Part shown: positions 27,235-35,676 of the stretch, in pieces
Numbering within the stretch: position 1 is the first letter of the stretch
Layout of the letters: the number at the start of each line of letters is the position of its first letter
From: Lentisphaeria bacterium
GTDB taxonomy: Bacteria; Verrucomicrobiota; Lentisphaeria; JABSQK01; JAWLHB01
Assembly: GCA_041690595.1 (NCBI GenBank)
Contig: JAWLHB010000002.1
Span: 186,001-250,000, forward strand
Direction of reading: 5' to 3'
DNA: 64,000 bases
Notes under the pieces: generated by a model
Seen by the model: only the letters and a program-made list of their open reading frames with translations
Told to the model about the DNA's origin: nothing
Database searches by the model: none
Position numbers and translations under genes: made by a program

Positions 27235-28193
27235 AAGAGCCATCGACCGGTTGCTCGCTGCGCCTTTCGGTTACCGACCGCTGTCAGTTTCGCTGCAGCT
27301 ACTGCCTGCCCCGCCAGGGGGTTCACTTTCTGCCCCGACGAGAGTTGCTGAGTGACGTGCAACTGGTTGCCTGCGTGACGCGCCTCCATGAGGCGGTCGG
27401 TCTCAACAAGCTACGCATCACGGGCGGCGAGCCCCTCTTGCGGCCGCGCCTCCCTGAGCTGATTGGCGCCATGGCCAGCCTCGGCATTCCAGAGATCGCG
27501 ATGACCACCAACGGCCAGCTTCTGGCGAAGCACGCTACGGAGCTGCGCCGCCAGGGTCTTCAGCGCCTCAACGTCAGCCTCGATTCACTCCAACCTGAAA
27601 TCTTCGCGAAGCTCTCCCATGGGGGCAGCCTCGCCGCCACACTTGCCGGCATCGACGCCGCACTGGAGGCCGGTCTGCGGCCACTCAAGCTCAACACCGT
27701 CGTGATGCGCGGCATCAATGACCACGAGGTGCCCGACCTGGTCGATTTTGCCATGGGGCGCGGCTGCACCATCCGCTTTCTCGAACTGATGCCGATCGGT
27801 CCGGCTGCCGCCGACTTCCAGACCCTCTTTGTACCGGCGGCCGAGGTACAGAGCCGGCTCGAAGCATGCTACACGCTCAGCCAGCTCCCCTATCGCGCCG
27901 GTGGCACCAGCCGCGACTTCCAAGCCGTCGATGGCGGCGGACGTACAACCACCGTCGGTTTCATCTCCGCCACATCCAAGCCCTTCTGCGGCGGTTGTCG
28001 GCGACTTCGCCTGACCGCAACAGGCGAGCTGATTGGCTGCCTGGCCCGCTCCAAAGGAATCAGCCTGCGCCCCCTGCTCGACGCCGGCGCCGAACCTTCG
28101 GCGGTCGCCGCCGCCATCACCGACGCGCTGGCCCAGAAGCGTCACCGCCCCGTCTTCGAGCAAGGGCACACGATGGCCACCATGGGAGGCTGA
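27231..28193 (+). CDS. moaA: GTP 3',8-cyclase MoaA
   Basis: LRLSVTDRCQFRCSYC, RITGGEPL, TTNG, FLELMP, FCGGCRRLRLT…C, terminal MGG. Confidence 0.95.
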   Translation: MKEPSTGCSLRLSVTDRCQFRCSYCLPRQGVHFLPRRELLSDVQLVACVTRLHEAVGLNKLRITGGEPLLRPRLPELIGAMASLGIPEIAMTTNGQLLAKHATELRRQGLQRLNVSLDSLQPEIFAKLSHGGSLAATLAGIDAALEAGLRPLKLNTVVMRGINDHEVPDLVDFAMGRGCTIRFLELMPIGPAAADFQTLFVPAAEVQSRLEACYTLSQLPYRAGGTSRDFQAVDGGGRTTTVGFISATSKPFCGGCRRLRLTATGELIGCLARSKGISLRPLLDAGAEPSAVAAAITDALAQKRHRPVFEQGHTMATMGG

Positions 28194-28194
28194 G

Positions 28195-29400
28195 ATGAGC
28201 GTGATGACCGGGATCTTGCGCCCGCTCGCTCCGGCTCCGGGAGCCATGCGTTTCAATCGCCGTGAAATCGCCGGCGCTTTCGGCGACATCGGCACCGATC
28301 TGCCCCTCATCACCGGCATGCTTCTAGTCTCGAACCTCGATGCCGCGAGCGTGCTGATCGTCTTCGGCATCTGCCAACTGGCGGCGGCCTGGCACTACGG
28401 CATGCCAATGCCGGTGCAGCCTCTCAAGGCGGTCGCCGCGCTGGTCATCGTGCAAGGCATTCAGGCGGAAGTTGTCGCCGGCGCGGGTCTCGCCATCGGC
28501 GCCCTGATGCTCATCCTGACCCTCACCGGGCTGATCGATCGTCTCGCTGCTCTCATCCCCAAGGCAGTGATTCGCGGCATACAGTTGGGTCTGGGACTGA
28601 AGCTCGGCTGGCTGGCGCTCGGCAGCTACGTGCCTGCCGATGGCTGGCCGGGCGTGCTGCTGGCGCTGGCCTGTCTGCTCGCGATGGCGCTTCTGCAGGG
28701 CAACCGGCACCTGCCTCCCGCCATGGCGGCAATCGCGCTGGGCATCGGCTATGCCGTATGGCTGAAGGTGGATCCAACCGCCATTGCCGCCGGCATCGGC
28801 TTCACCCTGCCAACCCCCGTTGTGCCGGGGCTGGCCGACATCTGGATTGGCTTCCTCGTCCTCGCCCTCCCTCAGGTTCCTCTCTCGCTCGGCAACTCCA
28901 TCTTCGCCACCGGGCAACTGGCTGAGCAGCTTTACCCCGAGCGCAAGGTCACCGTACGCCGCATTGGCTGGACCTATTCGCTGAACAATCTGGTGGCGCC
29001 ACTCTTCGGCGGAGTTCCCGTCTGCCACGGCTGCGGTGGACTGGCGGGCCACCACGCCTTTGGCGGCCGAACGGGCGGATCGGTCGTGATCTACGGTTTC
29101 TTCTACCTTATCCTCGGCCTCTTCTTCAGTGGCAGCTTCCAGGCGGTCGTGCAGATCTTTCCCCTCCCCGTGCTTGGCGTCATACTCCTGGTCGAATCGA
29201 CGGTCCTGATGCGCCTGACGCGCGATGTCATACCGCGTCGACTCGAGTTCGCCACCGCTCTGGGCACCGGGGTGATTGCCTTCGCCATGCCTCAGGGCTT
29301 TCTCATCGCCATGATCGTCGGCACGCTCTTCCTCTTCGCATCCCGCTGCCTCCAACCAGCCCCCACCACCACGGAGATCTCCCCCGATGTCATTACCTGA
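28195..29400 (+). CDS. MOT1-type molybdate transporter
   Basis: EIAGAFGDIGT, PMPVQPLK, PQVPLSLGNS, PVCHGCGGLAG…FGGR motifs; lies within the Moco operon. Confidence 0.85.
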   Translation: MSVMTGILRPLAPAPGAMRFNRREIAGAFGDIGTDLPLITGMLLVSNLDAASVLIVFGICQLAAAWHYGMPMPVQPLKAVAALVIVQGIQAEVVAGAGLAIGALMLILTLTGLIDRLAALIPKAVIRGIQLGLGLKLGWLALGSYVPADGWPGVLLALACLLAMALLQGNRHLPPAMAAIALGIGYAVWLKVDPTAIAAGIGFTLPTPVVPGLADIWIGFLVLALPQVPLSLGNSIFATGQLAEQLYPERKVTVRRIGWTYSLNNLVAPLFGGVPVCHGCGGLAGHHAFGGRTGGSVVIYGFFYLILGLFFSGSFQAVVQIFPLPVLGVILLVESTVLMRLTRDVIPRRLEFATALGTGVIAFAMPQGFLIAMIVGTLFLFASRCLQPAPTTTEISPDVIT

Positions 29401-29896
29401 TACACCACACCCAGACTTTGCTCACCTCGATGAAAAGGGCCACATCCGGATGGTCAATGTCGGCAAGAAGGTCATCACGCACCGGACCGCCAGCGCCAAG
29501 AGCTCGGTTCATCTCGGTCCCGAGATCGCCCCTTTGCTGGCGAATGGCGGCTCCGTTGCCAAAGGCAATGTCCTCGAAACAGCTCGACTGGCCGGAATCA
29601 TGGCCGCCAAACGCACCGCCGAGCTGATTCCCCTCTGCCATCAACTCCTGCTCACCGGTATCGATGTGGATCTTCACCTCGATGGCGAAACCCTGCGCAT
29701 AAGCTCCACCATCACCTGCGATGGCAAGACCGGCGCGGAAATGGAAGCTCTTACCGCGGTCTCCGTCGCCGCGCTCACTGTTTACGACATGTGCAAATCT
29801 GCCGGCAAGGAGATGGTGATCGGACCTACCCGGCTCGTGGAGAAAACCGGCGGCAAGTCCGGACACTGGACTCTTTACCCTGAGGAAAAAGAATAA
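29387..29896 (+). CDS. moaC: Cyclic pyranopterin monophosphate synthase MoaC
   Basis: [47 protein letters not shown]. Confidence 0.96.
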   Translation: MSLPDTPHPDFAHLDEKGHIRMVNVGKKVITHRTASAKSSVHLGPEIAPLLANGGSVAKGNVLETARLAGIMAAKRTAELIPLCHQLLLTGIDVDLHLDGETLRISSTITCDGKTGAEMEALTAVSVAALTVYDMCKSAGKEMVIGPTRLVEKTGGKSGHWTLYPEEKE

Positions 29897-30855
29897 TGGC
29901 TACGTTAGACGCAATCTGCATCAGCGAACGCAAAGGCACGCAGAAATCCATCATCCCACACGCGAGGCTGCTCCTCAACCATGGCATCGAAGGGGACGCC
30001 CATGCGGGTGAGTGGCACCGGCAGGTCAGCCTGCTTGCCCATGAGGATGTCGAGATGATGCGCGGCAAAGGGCTGCGCGAACTCAAGCACGGAGATTTCG
30101 GCGAGAACCTCGTGATTCGCGGTCTCGAGCTGGGTGAACTCGGGCTCGGCAGCCGCCTGCGGGTGGGCGCCAGCGCTGAATTGAGCATCACCCAGATCGG
30201 CAAGACCTGTCACCACCGGTGCGCCATCTATCATCGCGCCGGTGACTGCATCATGCCGTCGCGAGGCATCTTCGCGCGGGTCGTACGGCAAGGCGAGATC
30301 GCCGTCGGCGATCCTCTCGAACTCCTGCACGCCGTCTACCGCCGAAGCTGGCAGGCTGTCGTCCTGACCATCAGCGATCGCTGCTCGCGCGGCACGACGG
30401 TCGATACCGCTGGACCCGCCGTGGCCCATCTGCTCGGCGACCAGCTCGGCGCCAACCTCTACGCCTGCGAGATCCTGCCGGACGAGAAGCCCCGCATCGA
30501 GGAACGCCTGCGCCATTATGCGGCCGGGCATTCGATCGATCTGGTCATCACCGTCGGCGGCACCGGCTTTGCCCCGCGCGATGTCACGCCGGAAGCCGTT
30601 ACCGCCGTGATTGACCGCCCCACGCCCGGCCTGGATGAAGCGATGCGGCAGGCGTCCCTGGCGGTAACGCCACGAGCCATGCTGTCGCGCGCCGTCTCCG
30701 GCATTGCCGGCAACACGCTCATCGTCAGCCTTCCGGGTTCAGAGCGGGGTGCCACCCAGAACCTCGCGGTCATCCTGCCCGAACTTGCGCACGGCCTCGC
30801 CATGATGCGGGGGGAAAGCGCCGACTGCGGGCGTCCCGCGGGGACCGCGGCATGA
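29896..30855 (+). CDS. MOSC domain-MogA/MoaB (molybdopterin adenylyltransferase) fusion
   Basis: N-terminal GIEGDAH, RQVSLL, FGENL, TQIGKTCH..C; C-terminal LTISD, DTAGP, GGTGFAPRDVTPEA, AMLSR, LPGS. Confidence 0.9.
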   Translation: MATLDAICISERKGTQKSIIPHARLLLNHGIEGDAHAGEWHRQVSLLAHEDVEMMRGKGLRELKHGDFGENLVIRGLELGELGLGSRLRVGASAELSITQIGKTCHHRCAIYHRAGDCIMPSRGIFARVVRQGEIAVGDPLELLHAVYRRSWQAVVLTISDRCSRGTTVDTAGPAVAHLLGDQLGANLYACEILPDEKPRIEERLRHYAAGHSIDLVITVGGTGFAPRDVTPEAVTAVIDRPTPGLDEAMRQASLAVTPRAMLSRAVSGIAGNTLIVSLPGSERGATQNLAVILPELAHGLAMMRGESADCGRPAGTAA

Positions 30856-31892
30856 AGCTCCCGGACAATCTCCCGCTTCTGGCGATCTGCGGCTTCAGCG
30901 GCGCTGGAAAGACAACCGTTGTGGAGGAGTTAGTCCGGCGGCTCACTACGGCGGGTCTGCGGATAGCCGTCATCAAGCATGATGCCCATCGCCTCGACAT
31001 GGATCGACCGGGCAAGGACAGCGACCGATTTTTCCAGGCGGGCGCGACCATTGCCGTACACGACCGCGACCAGTTCGTCCTTCGCCTTCACAAGCACGAG
31101 CAGGAGCAGGCACATCTGGAGAACCTGGTGCGCGACCTTGCCCGGAGTCATGATCTGGTGATTGTCGAAGGGCACAAGGACACCGCTCTGCCCATGAAGG
31201 TATGGCTGCGGCGCGATGCGGAGGATGCCCCGCCGCCAGAGGTGGGGCCCGTCGTGCTCGATCTGGGTCGCGAGCTCCCACGTGTGGAGCTGGTCGAAGA
31301 GCTTCTGAATGTCTGGCTCCCGAAGCAATGGCAGCGACGCCCGGTGCGCGGCGCCATCCTGCTGGGTGGAGAATCCCGCCGCATGGGGGAGCCCAAGCAC
31401 CTCCTTCGCCACGGCCCTGCCAGCTGGCTCGCCTGTGTTCAGGATGCCCTCGGAGCGTGCCTTGGCGAGCTGGTCCTGCTGGGCAGTGGCGAGTTGCCGC
31501 CCGATGTCCGCCCGGCGACCCGCCTTCCAGATGCGCCGGAGTTGCAGGGTCCACTGGCCGGCCTCCTGGCCGCCATGCGCTGGGCGCCTGACTATGCATG
31601 GATCGTTGCGGCCTGTGATCAACCCTTGCTCACCGCGGACGCCATCGCCTGGCTTCTGGCTCAGCGCCGGCCCGGGGTGCGCGCGATCCTGCCGCGCCAT
31701 CCCGTCAGTGGCCGGATCGACCCCTTTCCGGGCCTCTACGAGCCCTGTTGCCGTCCCCTCCTCGAACAGCTCGATGGACCGGCAAAAATGGCCGGGCTGA
31801 AAGGGGTGATTTCCCCCGTACTGCCGGACCAGCACCTGGCATCTTGGGCCAATTTCAATACGCCGGAGGCGGCGGCGGCAATCAGCTTCTGA
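30852..31892 (+). CDS. MobB-MobA fusion (molybdopterin-guanine dinucleotide biosynthesis)
   Basis: N-terminal GFSGAGKTT, IKHDAH, DRPGKDS, VEGHK; C-terminal LLGGESRRMG..K, GPLAG, ACDQP, NFNTP. Confidence 0.9.
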   Translation: MKLPDNLPLLAICGFSGAGKTTVVEELVRRLTTAGLRIAVIKHDAHRLDMDRPGKDSDRFFQAGATIAVHDRDQFVLRLHKHEQEQAHLENLVRDLARSHDLVIVEGHKDTALPMKVWLRRDAEDAPPPEVGPVVLDLGRELPRVELVEELLNVWLPKQWQRRPVRGAILLGGESRRMGEPKHLLRHGPASWLACVQDALGACLGELVLLGSGELPPDVRPATRLPDAPELQGPLAGLLAAMRWAPDYAWIVAACDQPLLTADAIAWLLAQRRPGVRAILPRHPVSGRIDPFPGLYEPCCRPLLEQLDGPAKMAGLKGVISPVLPDQHLASWANFNTPEAAAAISF

Positions 31893-32973
31893 ACGGAATG
31901 GTGCTGGCGCGCTGAACGAGCTTCGGCTGCAGAAAAATTCCTTTGCCGGCGCGCGTCTTTCCCGTCATCAAGGCCACCAGCAACTTCGCCGCGCGAGCGC
32001 CCATCTGGTACTTGGACTGCGCGATCGTGGTCAGCGGCACCTCGTACTGGGCTGCGTCGGGATTGTCATCGACACCCACCACCGACATCCGCCCGGGCAC
32101 CTGCACACCGCGGGCTTTCAGCTCGTTGCAGAGGTGAATGGCCGTCGCGTCGTTGACACAGAATATGCCGGTTGGGGGATCCTCGCTCAGCATCCGCTCC
32201 ACAAGCGCCGGTAGCTCCTCGTGCGAATGGTTACTGTTGAGGATGCGCGGCTTGAGCCCCGCCCGCCGCATCGCCACGCAATAGCCTTCCGCCCGCTCGT
32301 CCACCGACGTGACATCTTCGCGATAGGTGACGTGGACGATATCGCGGTGCCCCAACGAGAGCAGGTGCTCCGTCGCCATGATGCCGACCTCCTCGTTGTC
32401 GGAGACGACGTAGTTGGCGTTGAGTTCCTGCGGATAGCGGTCGATAAAGACAATCGGGAAGCGCTGCTCGTGCAGTTTTCCCAGGACCTCGTGCGCCCGG
32501 GCGGTCATGGTGCTGAAGAGAATGATGCCATGAACCGTTGCCGCCAGCTTCGGCAGGACGTCGGCCTCTTCCATCTCGGGCACGTGGATGTGCTTGTGCA
32601 ACAGCAGGTATTGATCGCCATCGAGGGTTTCTTCGATTCCCAGGCTGATCTCCCGCATGAAGCGATCATCATGGATGAAGGGCGATACATAGCCGATCAG
32701 CCGGATGCTCTGACGCTTGCGCTCCACAACCAGCGGGTGATCCGGATCCTTCACGAAGGTGCCGCGCCCCTGCACCTGATAAATCACCCCCGCGGCCACC
32801 ATCTCTTCCACAGCCTTGCGCACCGTCGACTTGCTCACCTGTAACTGGTCGGCATAGGTATGTTCCGTCCAGATCTGATCGTCCGCCTTCAGGCCGGCGG
32901 CAATCTGCTCCAGCACGAAATGGCGCACCTGCTCCTTCTTGCCTACCAGACGCGGCGGCGTGTCTCGATTCAT
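31882..32973 (-). CDS. GntR wHTH plus LacI-type sugar-binding domain regulator (AraR-like)
   Basis: TEH…VSKSTVRKA…QGRGTFV; VFIDR, SDN, LGHR, VPGRMSVVGVD. Confidence 0.9.
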   Translation of the reverse strand: MNRDTPPRLVGKKEQVRHFVLEQIAAGLKADDQIWTEHTYADQLQVSKSTVRKAVEEMVAAGVIYQVQGRGTFVKDPDHPLVVERKRQSIRLIGYVSPFIHDDRFMREISLGIEETLDGDQYLLLHKHIHVPEMEEADVLPKLAATVHGIILFSTMTARAHEVLGKLHEQRFPIVFIDRYPQELNANYVVSDNEEVGIMATEHLLSLGHRDIVHVTYREDVTSVDERAEGYCVAMRRAGLKPRILNSNHSHEELPALVERMLSEDPPTGIFCVNDATAIHLCNELKARGVQVPGRMSVVGVDDNPDAAQYEVPLTTIAQSKYQMGARAAKLLVALMTGKTRAGKGIFLQPKLVQRASTIPFRS

Positions 32974-33178
32974 GAGGTCCCCTTCTGACGGTTTGTGCCA
33001 GCCGATACTATAGATGAAGCATCACTTACTTCAAAAGCAATCGTGCTTTCAACGGCCGCAAGAAGCGTCTGAGTTCAGGTTGAAGCCGGAAAACGGTTGC
33101 AATCGAGGCGAGGATCGATATCTTAATGCACTTGGACGTCACCTCCGCCAGGCACCGTATTCGAAGGCAAGGGAAATA

Positions 33179-34468
33179 ATGCCGAAACTGATCGTTCAGC
33201 AGGGTTACAGCGTCAAGAGTGATCTTGAGATCGACGAAGGGGAAACCGTCATCGGCCGTGATCCGGCATGTGGGTTCGTGATACCCGACGGCGAGGTGTC
33301 GCGGCAGCATGCGCGCATCATCCGTGAAGGGGACAAGGTCTTCCTGGAGGATCTCGACAGTATCAACGGCACTTTTCTCAATTCCGCCCCGATCACCGGC
33401 CGCCAGCCGCTCAAGCATTCGGACATCGTCCAAGTGTGCGGGAATGTCTTCGTCTTCAATGAGGAAAAAGCCGTTGAAGACCAAGCGGACCGGCAGCAGC
33501 GTACCGCCGAATTCTACACGCTCCCCTTCCTCAAGCGGACCATCAACCTGATCGAACGCAACGTCGAACAGGTCTTCATGGGCAAGGAAATTGTCATCCG
33601 CAATGTGCTGCTCTGCCTGCTGGCGGACGGGCACGCCCTCATCGAGGATGCGCCCGGCGTCGGCAAGAGCATCCTCGCTCAGTCAATCGCCAAGTCGATC
33701 CACGGCATTTACAAGCGAATTCAGTTCACGCCGGACATGCTGCCCAGTGACATCAGCGGCATCAGCATGTATGACGACAAGGAGCGGGAATTCCGTTTCA
33801 TCCCGGGCCCCATCTTCGGCAACATCATCCTCGCTGACGAGATCAACCGCACCACCCCGCGCACTCAATCCAGTCTTCTCGAATGCATGACCGACTCCGT
33901 CGTCACCATTGACGGCACGCCCCACGTCCTGCCAAAGCCCTTCTTCGTGATGGCGACCCAGAATCCGCTCGAATACCATGGCACCTATCCCCTCCCCGAG
34001 GCACAGCTCGATCGTTTCCTGATGCGTATCGGCATCGGCTATCCCACGGAAGCAGTGGAGCGCCAGATCCTCGGCAGCCAGACACGCATGCACCCGATCA
34101 ACACGATCACGTACGTGGCGCGGGCCATGGATATCGTGCAGTGCCAGGCATTGGTGCGCCAGGTGCATGTCTCCGACAAGGTCAAGGATTTCATCATCGC
34201 CATCGCTCATGCGACGCGGAATCATCCAGCCCTGTCGACCGGCGTCAGTCCCCGTGCATCCCTGGCTCTGATGCGGGCAAGCCAGGCACTGGCCGCGTAC
34301 CACAGCCGCGACTACGTTTTGCCCAAGGATGTGCGCGAGCTGGCCCCGCCAGTACTTGCCCATCGCATCAACCTCAAGTTGCGCGCGCAGAATCAATTCC
34401 CCGACACGGCAGCGGTCATCGATGCCATCATCGAGCGGATACCGGTCGACAACGCTGAGGACGTCTGA
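33179..34468 (+). CDS. FHA domain-MoxR AAA+ ATPase fusion
   Basis: FHA motifs IGRD, VSRQHA, DLDSINGTF; MoxR motifs EDAPGVGKS, RIQFTPDMLPSD, ADEINR, ATQNP, PLPEAQLDRF, SPRAS. Confidence 0.92.
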   Translation: MPKLIVQQGYSVKSDLEIDEGETVIGRDPACGFVIPDGEVSRQHARIIREGDKVFLEDLDSINGTFLNSAPITGRQPLKHSDIVQVCGNVFVFNEEKAVEDQADRQQRTAEFYTLPFLKRTINLIERNVEQVFMGKEIVIRNVLLCLLADGHALIEDAPGVGKSILAQSIAKSIHGIYKRIQFTPDMLPSDISGISMYDDKEREFRFIPGPIFGNIILADEINRTTPRTQSSLLECMTDSVVTIDGTPHVLPKPFFVMATQNPLEYHGTYPLPEAQLDRFLMRIGIGYPTEAVERQILGSQTRMHPINTITYVARAMDIVQCQALVRQVHVSDKVKDFIIAIAHATRNHPALSTGVSPRASLALMRASQALAAYHSRDYVLPKDVRELAPPVLAHRINLKLRAQNQFPDTAAVIDAIIERIPVDNAEDV

Positions 34469-35676
34469 TGTTTGCTCGCCCGACGAAACGGGGTTGGCTG
34501 GCACTGGTGATCGCCACCGGCACCTTCTTCGTGGCCATGGTCAATGTCTCCATGACGGCCACCATCGTCTCCGCGCTCCTTTGGGCGCTTCTTCCCATCA
34601 GCCTGCTCATGGCCTGTTTCTCGCTGCACGGGATCACCGTCCAGCGCGAGCCGCTGCAGGACGGCGTACGGCTGCGATCCCTCCCCATGCCGGTGACGAT
34701 CGTCAATCATCAGCGCCGTTACCGCCAGGCGATCGTTATTGGGGAACGCTGTGGCTTTTCGCGGCCCGAGCTGGTCTTCACCATGGTCCAGCCACTCAAG
34801 CCCCATGAGCGGCGATACATCATGCGCAGCATCCTCCCGGTTCACCGCGGAGAATACGACCTCGACGAGATCCTGCTGCGCGGTGGGGATCCCGCCGGCC
34901 TCTTCTATCGGGAGAAACGCTTTTCCTTTCCCCAGCATGTCGCCATCTTTCCATCCATCTCCCATCTGAACAACGTGCCGCTGCAGCTGCGTAACCGGGT
35001 GATTGCATCGAGCACGGGACAGCCCATCGGCGTTTCCGGTCTCGGCCAGGAATTCTTCGGCGTTCGCCCCTATCGGCCGACGGACGGCATCCGCTTCATT
35101 CACTGGAAGGCCAGCGCCCGGCAACACGAGTTGATGGTGCGGGAGTTCGAAGAAAACACCGTCAATCAGGTCAGTCTCTTTCTGGACACCTCCGCCGACT
35201 CGATCGGTGGCCATGGCGACGAGACGAATTTCGAGCGTCTGGTGGAAACCGCCGCCAGCCTCATCAGCTACCTCAGCGGCGTTTATTGCCGCATGCTCTT
35301 CGTCACCAACCTTCCTCAGGGTGTGCTGGTACGCTACGGGAGCGGTCCCGATCTCAGCAACGAGATCATGCGCGACCTGGCCAACCTGCGGCCAGTCCAG
35401 CGGCACCTTATCGATGCCTTCGATCAGACGCTCGAAAAGGTCTCCCCCAACTCCGTCGTCTACCTCCTCTCGCTATCCGACAGCAGCGACCTGAGCGGGG
35501 TCATCGATGCCCTCTTCCGCCTCAACGCCGACATCCGCTATGTGGTGGCGACAGCCCAGAGCTTCCGCCCCAGCCGACGACCACACGCGCATCCCGAGAG
35601 CGCCACGGAGAGGCAACCCACCCCCGTCTACCTCACCCCCACCTCAGACCTTGCCAGGATCCTTGGCCATGCCTGA
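34468..35676 (+). CDS. DUF58 membrane protein (VWA-like MoxR partner)
   Basis: RGEY, DPAGLF, EFFGVRPYRPTD..RFIHWKASAR, LMVREFE, LDTS, FE..VETAAS. Confidence 0.9.
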   Translation: MFARPTKRGWLALVIATGTFFVAMVNVSMTATIVSALLWALLPISLLMACFSLHGITVQREPLQDGVRLRSLPMPVTIVNHQRRYRQAIVIGERCGFSRPELVFTMVQPLKPHERRYIMRSILPVHRGEYDLDEILLRGGDPAGLFYREKRFSFPQHVAIFPSISHLNNVPLQLRNRVIASSTGQPIGVSGLGQEFFGVRPYRPTDGIRFIHWKASARQHELMVREFEENTVNQVSLFLDTSADSIGGHGDETNFERLVETAASLISYLSGVYCRMLFVTNLPQGVLVRYGSGPDLSNEIMRDLANLRPVQRHLIDAFDQTLEKVSPNSVVYLLSLSDSSDLSGVIDALFRLNADIRYVVATAQSFRPSRRPHAHPESATERQPTPVYLTPTSDLARILGHA

